Positions 56,451-64,000 of a stretch of 64,000 nucleotides of DNA are shown in pieces; position 1 is the stretch's first letter; each line of letters starts with the position of its first letter. The notes beneath the pieces are model-generated. The model worked only from the letters and a program-made list of their open reading frames with translations. It was not told the origin of the DNA and made no database searches. The stretch comes from TPA_inf: Saccharomyces (taxonomy: Eukaryota): assembly GCA_000146045.2 (NCBI GenBank), contig BK006938.2:352001-416000 (forward strand). Direction: 5' to 3'. A program made the translations under genes and the position numbers.

Positions 56451-57857
56451 TTATTGATTCACTAAGGATGCGTTATACCTTGTTGTGTTCCAATCCCAGT
56501 AAAACGTCAATTCCTTTTCTTTGCTAACTTTGGAGACGTCGCAATCTTCATAGAAGCTCACACCTCGTAATCTGTCTTTGGCATACTCGTAAAATGTGCC
56601 CTCTTCACATGAAAAACCTGGACCACTGGAGCAACTCTCTATAGGAACCACAGCATCGTTGACCACATAACGGACGTACGAATCGTTTGAGCATTGAAAC
56701 TTTTCTGTGTAGACTCTAGCTCCCTGAGGAATGTACCACGACCTGTGGTAGGAATGATCACGAAAGGGAACATGATTGGTTGTTAAATTTCTAGTGTCAT
56801 CAATCAATCCAGCAGTTGTCAAATAATTTAGAATATCAGTATCGTGCGTAAAGCTCAGCCAAACTTTTTGGTCCAAGTGCGCACTTTGTCGTATTAGCTT
56901 CACTGTTGCATTGAACAAATTAGCACCTATAGATTTAATCAATTTGTATCCGGGACCATTTTGGTAGAAGCTCGTCAAATCAGTCTCATAAGAATAATGT
57001 ATTAACTCTGCCGCGGAGAAAATGTCACAAATGTTACTATAACCTTTTGCGTTCAACTCGAAGGCACACCAAGAAAACAAGGCCGCTGCATCTTTCCTGC
57101 TCAAGTTCAGCCCTTTATTTTCGTCATTAAGACGATCGGAAATATTTTCTAAGTAGTCCCTCGAATATGACATTAATATATCATTGTTGGCATTCGAATT
57201 CCAATTGGGGCACGAACTTTTGGCAGCTAATGTGTTTGCTCCTGACGAGGAATTTTCGCTAAGTGTTTGAAGTGATATATTAAAGCCATCGCCCAAAGCC
57301 TCGGCAAAATATTGCGCAGTATCGTAGATTCTTTTCGAATTTGTGGTGAAGATAGGAAAGTTGGTACAGTTCTCCATCAATTTTCCATATTTTGCTAAAA
57401 ACTCCCTTGCATGTCTCTTTGCATTCATTTCTCCTGTATACGGGTTCAACACATCAATCGAATTTTGCAAAGTTGTCTCCATTTCTAGAAGACTTTCATC
57501 GGGAATAAAAAATTCATATCCATTATTCAAAAACGATAATGATCCCTCGTACTTACCTGTGTAATTGGATATTTTATACCATACTTCAAAAATATCCTTG
57601 GCCTCACTTCTGGTAGGATACCTTTCGCCATGTCTGCCAATCATTTGAACTTGCGTTAATCTACAACCTTCAGGAATATCAGTGGGTATACCGTAGTTAG
57701 CGGGAAAGGAGAAATATGGCGCAGACCCTCCAAGAAAGGGAAACAGACTCTTCTGAGAGCCAATTAGTTCAATATCCGCAAAACTTCTGAGTGGGATGGA
57801 GAGTGCCTTAGATAATAGAACACCTAAACAAATGGCAAAAATAACGGGCTTCACCAT
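56451..57857 (-). CDS. DIA3: DIA3, a secreted histidine acid phosphatase family protein (Pho-like), 468 aa.
   Basis: A signal peptide MVKPVIFAICLGVLLSKALS and the histidine acid phosphatase signature RHGERYP. Confidence 0.85.
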   Translation of the reverse strand: MVKPVIFAICLGVLLSKALSIPLRSFADIELIGSQKSLFPFLGGSAPYFSFPANYGIPTDIPEGCRLTQVQMIGRHGERYPTRSEAKDIFEVWYKISNYTGKYEGSLSFLNNGYEFFIPDESLLEMETTLQNSIDVLNPYTGEMNAKRHAREFLAKYGKLMENCTNFPIFTTNSKRIYDTAQYFAEALGDGFNISLQTLSENSSSGANTLAAKSSCPNWNSNANNDILMSYSRDYLENISDRLNDENKGLNLSRKDAAALFSWCAFELNAKGYSNICDIFSAAELIHYSYETDLTSFYQNGPGYKLIKSIGANLFNATVKLIRQSAHLDQKVWLSFTHDTDILNYLTTAGLIDDTRNLTTNHVPFRDHSYHRSWYIPQGARVYTEKFQCSNDSYVRYVVNDAVVPIESCSSGPGFSCEEGTFYEYAKDRLRGVSFYEDCDVSKVSKEKELTFYWDWNTTRYNASLVNQ

Positions 57858-58378
57858 TGTTCCTGTATGGTGTATTAGAACATAGCTGAAAATACTTCTG
57901 CCTCAAAAAAGTGTTAAAAAAAAGAGGCATTATATAGAGGTAAAGCCTACAGGCGCAAGATAACACATCACCGCTCTCCCCCCTCTCATGAAAAGTCATC
58001 GCTAAAGAGGAACACTGAAGGTTCCCGTAGGTTGTCTTTGGCACAAGGTAGTACATGGTAAAAACTCAGGATGGAATAATTCAAATTCACCAATTTCAAC
58101 GTCCCTTGTTTAAAAAGAAAAGAATTTTTCTCTTTAAGGTAGCACTAATGCATTATCGATGATGTAACCATTCACACAGGTTATTTAGCTTTTGATCCTT
58201 GAACCATTAATTAACCCAGAAATAGAAATTACCCAAGTGGGGCTCTCCAACACAATGAGAGGAAAGGTGACTTTTTAAGGGGGCCAGACCCTGTTAAAAA
58301 CCTTTGATGGCTATGTAATAATAGTAAATTAAGTGCAAACATGTAAGAAAGATTCTCGGTAACGACCATACAAATATT

Positions 58379-58451
58379 GGGCGTGTGGCGTAGTCGGTAG
58401 CGCGCTCCCTTAGCATGGGAGAGGTCTCCGGTTCGATTCCGGACTCGTCCA
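58379..58451 (+). tRNA. tA(AGC): tRNA-Ala(AGC), intronless, 73 nt.
   Basis: GGGCGTGTGGCGTAGTCGGTAGCGCGCTCCCTTAGCATGGGAGAGGTCTCCGGTTCGATTCCGGACTCGTCCA. It has a G3:U70 pair, the AGC anticodon, an A box and the B box GGTTCGATTCC. Confidence 0.9.
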
Positions 58452-58456
58452 AATTA

Positions 58457-58462
58457 TTTTTT
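58457..58462 (+). terminator. Pol III terminator T6 just downstream of tRNA-Ala.
   Basis: aaattaTTTTTTac lies immediately 3' of the tRNA. Confidence 0.5.
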
Positions 58463-59434
58463 ACTTTCCGCGGTGCCGAGATGCAGACGTGGCCAACTGT
58501 GTCTGCCGTCGCAAAATGATTTGAATTTTGCGTCGCGCACGTTTCTCACGTACATAATAAGTATTTTCATACAGTTCTAGCAAGACGAGGTGGTCAAAAT
58601 AGAAGCGTCCTATGTTTTACAGTACAAGACAGTCCATACTGAAATGACAACGTACTTGACTTTTCAGTATTTTCTTTTTCTCACAGTCTGGTTATTTTTG
58701 AAAGCGCACGAAATATATGTAGGCAAGCATTTTCTGAGTCTGCTGACCTCTAAAATTAATGCTATTGTGCACCTTAGTAACCCAAGGCAGGACAGTTACC
58801 TTGCGTGGTGTTACTATGGCCGGAAGCCCGAAAGAGTTATCGTTACTCCGATTATTTTGTACAGCTGATGGGACCTTGCCGTCTTCATTTTTTTTTTTTT
58901 TCACCTATAGAGCCGGGCAGAGCTGCCCGGCTTAACTAAGGGCCGGAAAAAAAACGGAAAAAAGAAAGCCAAGCGTGTAGACGTAGTATAACAGTATATC
59001 TGACACGCACGTGATGACCACGTAATCGCATCGCCCCTCACCTCTCACCTCTCACCGCTGACTCAGCTTCACTAAAAAGGAAAATATATACTCTTTCCCA
59101 GGCAAGGTGACAGCGGTCCCCGTCTCCTCCACAAAGGCCTCTCCTGGGGTTTGAGCAAGTCTAAGTTTACGTAGCATAAAAATTCTCGGATTGCGTCAAA
59201 TAATAAAAAAAGTAACCCCACTTCTACTTCTACATCGGAAAAACATTCCATTCACATATCGTCTTTGGCCTATCTTGTTTTGTCCTCGGTAGATCAGGTC
59301 AGTACAAACGCAACACGAAAGAACAAAAAAAGAAGAAAACAGAAGGCCAAGACAGGGTCAATGAGACTGTTGTCCTCCTACTGTCCCTATGTCTCTGGCC
59401 GATCACGCGCCATTGTCCCTCAGAAACAAATCAA

Positions 59435-59499
59435 ACACCCACACCCCGGGCACCCAAAGTCCCCACCCACACCACCAATACGTAAACGGGGCGCCCCCT
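59435..59499 (+). promoter_or_regulatory. GPD1 upstream regulatory block: two Rap1-like C1-3A motifs (ACACCCACACCCC at 59435-59447; CCCCACCCACACCACCA at 59461-59477) and an STRE core CCCCT (59495-59499), about 330-390 bp upstream of the GPD1 ATG.
   Basis: Seen directly in the sequence. Established knowledge: the GPD1 promoter is Rap1-dependent and osmostress (HOG/Msn2-Msn4/Hot1) responsive. Confidence 0.55.
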
Positions 59500-59824
59500 G
59501 CAGGCCCTCCTGCGCGCGGCCTCCCGCCTTGCTTCTCTCCCCTTCCTTTTCTTTTTCCAGTTTTCCCTATTTTGTCCCTTTTTCCGCACAACAAGTATCA
59601 GAATGGGTTCATCAAATCTATCCAACCTAATTCGCACGTAGACTGGCTTGGTATTGGCAGTTTCGTAGTTATATATATACTACCATGAGTGAAACTGTTA
59701 CGTTACCTTAAATTCTTTCTCCCTTTAATTTTCTTTTATCTTACTCTCCTACATAAGACATCAAGAAACAATTGTATATTGTACACCCCCCCCCTCCACA
59801 AACACAAATATTGATAATATAAAG

Positions 59825-61000
59825 ATGTCTGCTGCTGCTGATAGATTAAACTTAACTTCCGGCCACTTGAATGCTGGTAGAAAGAGAAGTTCCTCTTCTG
59901 TTTCTTTGAAGGCTGCCGAAAAGCCTTTCAAGGTTACTGTGATTGGATCTGGTAACTGGGGTACTACTATTGCCAAGGTGGTTGCCGAAAATTGTAAGGG
60001 ATACCCAGAAGTTTTCGCTCCAATAGTACAAATGTGGGTGTTCGAAGAAGAGATCAATGGTGAAAAATTGACTGAAATCATAAATACTAGACATCAAAAC
60101 GTGAAATACTTGCCTGGCATCACTCTACCCGACAATTTGGTTGCTAATCCAGACTTGATTGATTCAGTCAAGGATGTCGACATCATCGTTTTCAACATTC
60201 CACATCAATTTTTGCCCCGTATCTGTAGCCAATTGAAAGGTCATGTTGATTCACACGTCAGAGCTATCTCCTGTCTAAAGGGTTTTGAAGTTGGTGCTAA
60301 AGGTGTCCAATTGCTATCCTCTTACATCACTGAGGAACTAGGTATTCAATGTGGTGCTCTATCTGGTGCTAACATTGCCACCGAAGTCGCTCAAGAACAC
60401 TGGTCTGAAACAACAGTTGCTTACCACATTCCAAAGGATTTCAGAGGCGAGGGCAAGGACGTCGACCATAAGGTTCTAAAGGCCTTGTTCCACAGACCTT
60501 ACTTCCACGTTAGTGTCATCGAAGATGTTGCTGGTATCTCCATCTGTGGTGCTTTGAAGAACGTTGTTGCCTTAGGTTGTGGTTTCGTCGAAGGTCTAGG
60601 CTGGGGTAACAACGCTTCTGCTGCCATCCAAAGAGTCGGTTTGGGTGAGATCATCAGATTCGGTCAAATGTTTTTCCCAGAATCTAGAGAAGAAACATAC
60701 TACCAAGAGTCTGCTGGTGTTGCTGATTTGATCACCACCTGCGCTGGTGGTAGAAACGTCAAGGTTGCTAGGCTAATGGCTACTTCTGGTAAGGACGCCT
60801 GGGAATGTGAAAAGGAGTTGTTGAATGGCCAATCCGCTCAAGGTTTAATTACCTGCAAAGAAGTTCACGAATGGTTGGAAACATGTGGCTCTGTCGAAGA
60901 CTTCCCATTATTTGAAGCCGTATACCAAATCGTTTACAACAACTACCCAATGAAGAACCTGCCGGACATGATTGAAGAATTAGATCTACATGAAGATTAG
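59825..61000 (+). CDS. GPD1: GPD1, NAD-dependent glycerol-3-phosphate dehydrogenase (osmostress-induced), 391 aa.
   Basis: MSAAADRLNLTSGHLNAGRKRSSSSVSLKAAEKPFKVTVIGSGNWGTTIAKVVAEN is a Rossmann GxGxxG motif. The full-length match to Gpd1 includes the C-terminal ...DMIEELDLHED. Confidence 0.95.
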   Translation: MSAAADRLNLTSGHLNAGRKRSSSSVSLKAAEKPFKVTVIGSGNWGTTIAKVVAENCKGYPEVFAPIVQMWVFEEEINGEKLTEIINTRHQNVKYLPGITLPDNLVANPDLIDSVKDVDIIVFNIPHQFLPRICSQLKGHVDSHVRAISCLKGFEVGAKGVQLLSSYITEELGIQCGALSGANIATEVAQEHWSETTVAYHIPKDFRGEGKDVDHKVLKALFHRPYFHVSVIEDVAGISICGALKNVVALGCGFVEGLGWGNNASAAIQRVGLGEIIRFGQMFFPESREETYYQESAGVADLITTCAGGRNVKVARLMATSGKDAWECEKELLNGQSAQGLITCKEVHEWLETCGSVEDFPLFEAVYQIVYNNYPMKNLPDMIEELDLHED

Positions 61001-61952
61001 ATTTATTGGAGAAAGATAACATATCATACTTTCCCCCACTTTTTTCGAGGCTCTTCTATATCATATTCATAAATTAGCATTATGTCATTTCTCATAACTA
61101 CTTTATCACGTTAGAAATTACTTATTATTATTAAATTAATACAAAATTTAGTAACCAAATAAATATAAATAAATATGTATATTTAAATTTTAAAAAAAAA
61201 ATCCTATAGAGCAAAAGGATTTTCCATTATAATATTAGCTGTACACCTCTTCCGCATTTTTTGAGGGTGGTTACAACACCACTCATTCAGAGGCTGTCGG
61301 CACAGTTGCTTCTAGCATCTGGCGTCCGTATGTATGGGTGTATTTTAAATAATAAACAAAGTGCCACACCTTCACCAATTATGTCTTTAAGAAATGGACA
61401 AGTTCCAAAGAGCTTGCCCAAGGCTCGACAAGGATGTACTTTGGAATATCTATATTCAAGTACGTGGCGCGCATATGTTTGAGTGTGCACACAATAAAGG
61501 TTTTTAGATATTTTGCGGCGTCCTAAGAAAATAAGGGGTTTCTTAAAAAATAACAATAGCAAACAAAGTTCCTTACGATGATTTCAGATGTGAATAGCAT
61601 GGTCATGATGAGTATATACGTTTTTATAAATAATTAAAAGTTTTCCTCTTGTCTGTTTTTTTGTTGGCTCGTGGTTGTTCTCGAAAAAGGAGAGTTTTCA
61701 TTTTCGAAATAGGTGATTATCATCATGTTGTTATCACCCCACGACGAAGATAATACGGAGCTCACCGTTTTCTTTTTTTTTCCCTTTGGCTGAAATTTCC
61801 CACCAGAACAAACGTGACAAAATTATCTTTGAATCCAAAGTAGCTTATATATATACGTAGAAGTGTTTCGAGACACACATCCAAATACGAGGTTGTTCAA
61901 TTTAAACCCAAGAATACATAAAAAAAATATAGATATATTAACTTAGTAAACA

Positions 61953-62888
61953 ATGACTGCAAGCACACCATCCAATGTCATGACATTGTTCTTGTTAAGG
62001 CATGGACAAAGTGAATTGAATCACGAGAATATATTCTGTGGTTGGATTGACGCTAAGCTAACCGAAAAAGGTAAAGAACAAGCTCGTCATTCTGCCGAGC
62101 TAATCGAACAATATTGTAAAGCTAATAATTTGAGATTACCCCAGATTGGTTACACCTCACGTTTAATTAGGACCCAACAGACCATAGAAACGATGTGTGA
62201 AGAATTTAAGTTAAAGCCACAACTGCAGGTTGTTTACGACTTTAATAAAATCAAACTTGGAGACGAATTTGGCAGTGATGACAAGGATAATATGAAAATC
62301 CCGATTCTTCAAACTTGGAGGCTAAATGAACGTCATTACGGTTCCTGGCAGGGCCAGAGGAAACCGAATGTTTTAAAAGAATATGGTAAGGATAAATATA
62401 TGTTCATTAGGAGAGATTACGAGGGTAAGCCACCACCTGTAGATCTTGACCGTGAGATGATTCAACAAGAAAATGAGAAGGGCTCTTCTACTGGGTACGA
62501 ATTCAAGGAGCCAAACAGACAAATAAAATATGAATTGGAATGCAGCAATCATGACATTGTATTACCGGATTCCGAATCTCTTCGTGAAGTGGTTTATAGA
62601 TTGAATCCTTTTCTACAAAATGTCATATTAAAATTAGCCAATCAATATGATGAATCTTCATGCCTGATTGTGGGCCATGGAAGTTCAGTGAGATCGCTAC
62701 TGAAAATTCTGGAGGGTATATCAGATGATGACATCAAGAATGTTGATATTCCAAATGGTATCCCCTTAGTCGTTGAATTAGATAAGAATAATGGTCTTAA
62801 GTTTATCAGAAAATTCTACCTAGATCCTGAATCTGCTAAGATCAATGCTGAGAAAGTCCGTAATGAGGGTTTCATAAAAAATCCTTAA
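61953..62888 (+). CDS. GPM2: GPM2, a phosphoglycerate mutase homologue (histidine phosphatase superfamily), 311 aa.
   Basis: The RHG catalytic motif (LFLLRHGQSELN). The length and position fit YDL021W. Confidence 0.85.
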   Translation: MTASTPSNVMTLFLLRHGQSELNHENIFCGWIDAKLTEKGKEQARHSAELIEQYCKANNLRLPQIGYTSRLIRTQQTIETMCEEFKLKPQLQVVYDFNKIKLGDEFGSDDKDNMKIPILQTWRLNERHYGSWQGQRKPNVLKEYGKDKYMFIRRDYEGKPPPVDLDREMIQQENEKGSSTGYEFKEPNRQIKYELECSNHDIVLPDSESLREVVYRLNPFLQNVILKLANQYDESSCLIVGHGSSVRSLLKILEGISDDDIKNVDIPNGIPLVVELDKNNGLKFIRKFYLDPESAKINAEKVRNEGFIKNP

Positions 62889-63112
62889 GGGGGGTAAGTA
62901 TATAATATAATTGTGTATTTTCCGAAGTATAATGAAAACCAATAGAAAACTTATTATAAGTCCAATGAGGTACTTTAAAAATGTGATATTTATAAGAACA
63001 TTCCTGAATGCAGATATATGATATATATTGTAAATATATATAGATGTGTATATGTATTTCCATTTTGTGTGAGGTTTTCTTCTTTTATCTCCTATATAAT
63101 TTGTAACCTTAA

Positions 63113-64000
63113 TTAACCCATGACATAACCAATATTAGCCTTTGCAAATTTTGTAACTTCTTGACGTTGTTCTAACGACAAATCTTCATGCTTCGATTTT
63201 ATATGCCTTGTTAAAGCATCCAGTCTCGAAAACGTCTTCTGATAGCCCTCAGATCCAAGAATTTTTATACACTCCGAGCAACGGAAGACAATCTTCCTTT
63301 TAGCGTGAATGGTATTTTGGTGTCTCGTTAAATCATAGGACCTTGAAAATTGGGCACCACACGGTTCATTTGTAATGAGATTCATTATCTGACACGTAAA
63401 TATTTCGTTATTACCGTCAGAAGATGACGTATGGGCCGATGGTGATGCAGTCGAAGGTTTCGAATTCGAATTTGTAGATGAATGTGAAGATAAGTGCTTC
63501 TTAGTATAATTAATTAGCTTCCGCCTACTAGCATTTGAGCTTACTACAGCTGATGTAGGCTTCTTTATTCTTTCTAATGTGCCGTTTTCATTACTGTTAC
63601 TAACGCAACTACGGTTACTGGATGATTTTGCTGGTTTCCTTTTACCGGTAGTAGCAGTAGACGGTACGTTTGCCGAGGTTGAGGGAGATGGAAATCTTTC
63701 AAAATCAATAGTGTTTTTATTGAGGACAAAACTTTGCTTTCTTCTGTTCTTCAAGAGAGAGATATCGTAGATATCGTCTTCATCAAGATCATTATCCTCA
63801 TCCTCATCCTCTATCTTCTCATGTCCCCGTTCATCTAACAGATCTTCAGATACAACACTGGAAATGCTGTCCATGTTAGAGTCAACGTAACTGTACTCAT
63901 TAAATAAATGACTAGAACTCTTGGCACGACCCGTTTTTTGATCTGAGCCAAACATTGAGATTGGTGTAACATCCAATGACAGTAAAGGCTCCTCTTGGTG
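63113..64000 (-). CDS. RPN4: RPN4, the transcription factor for proteasome genes (C2H2 zinc fingers at the C-terminus). Only the C-terminal portion is in the window (5' end truncated).
   Basis: The C-terminus ...FTCQIMNLITNEPCGAQFSRSYDLTRHQNTIHAKRKIVFRCSECIKILGSEGYQKTFSRLDALTRHIKSKHEDL...KANIGYVMG, with an acidic DEDEDNDLDEDD block. Confidence 0.9.
   Translation of the reverse strand, partial: HQEEPLLSLDVTPISMFGSDQKTGRAKSSSHLFNEYSYVDSNMDSISSVVSEDLLDERGHEKIEDEDEDNDLDEDDIYDISLLKNRRKQSFVLNKNTIDFERFPSPSTSANVPSTATTGKRKPAKSSSNRSCVSNSNENGTLERIKKPTSAVVSSNASRRKLINYTKKHLSSHSSTNSNSKPSTASPSAHTSSSDGNNEIFTCQIMNLITNEPCGAQFSRSYDLTRHQNTIHAKRKIVFRCSECIKILGSEGYQKTFSRLDALTRHIKSKHEDLSLEQRQEVTKFAKANIGYVMG

Noticed and set aside
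58950-59060. Near-palindrome GCGTGTAGACG...CTGACACGC and a CACGTG E-box (59008-59013) upstream of GPD1
   Set aside because: The palindrome is imperfect in its centre. A single CACGTG is a common Cbf1/Pho4 site. I have no basis to call it functional beyond a generic promoter element.
61100-61260. Inverted repeat AAAATCCT-N10-AGGATTTT in the very AT-rich GPD1 3' region
   Set aside because: A short (8-bp) AT-rich stem in A/T-rich 3'-UTR DNA. This is expected by chance and it is not a Rho-independent-style terminator (eukaryotic polyadenylation applies).

Overview
This window is ordinary, gene-dense eukaryotic (budding-yeast) nuclear DNA, not a prokaryotic accessory or defence locus. Gene order, protein sequences and spacing match, from memory, the left arm of Saccharomyces cerevisiae S288C chromosome IV, roughly YDL057W to YDL020C (about chrIV 352,001-416,000). 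I recognise about 33 protein-coding genes in order: MBP1, PSA1, MCH1, PBP4, SLC1, LHP1, KNH1, STP4, SIT4, NPC2, MRP10, FAD1, MTF2, PRP11, SIR2, NAT1, PRM7, BSC1, PUS9, GPR1, SLM3, DBP10, PRP9, ARP2 (with one intron), MPS1, MRX9, RTK1, DIA3, GPD1, GPM2 and RPN4 (truncated by the window end). The 3' end of a YDL057W-like alpha/beta hydrolase runs in from the left edge. There are two tRNA genes: tRNA-Lys(UUU) with a 23-nt intron and tRNA-Ala(AGC). The supplied ORF track starts ORFs at GTG/TTG as well as ATG and translates them as M, so I placed eukaryotic starts at the first ATG, which also reproduces the protein lengths I remember. There is no CRISPR array, no operon structure and no Ty/LTR element that I can see. 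The most interesting signals are: (1) the BSC1/PRM7 pair, two Ser/Thr-rich flocculin-like ORFs in one reading frame separated only by a single TAA, with an internal 15-bp minisatellite and a duplicated segment; (2) the Asn-encoding trinucleotide tract inside GPR1; (3) a T14 run plus GC hairpin about 450 bp downstream of tRNA-Ala that looks like a Pol III-type terminator with no annotated gene; (4) an atypically GC-rich block with HSE-like and STRE-like motifs in the STP4/SIT4 divergent intergenic region; (5) Rap1-like C1-3A and STRE motifs in the GPD1 promoter. Nothing in the sequence supports a novel defence or mobile system. All gene identities rest on remembered protein sequence and family knowledge, not on a database search.
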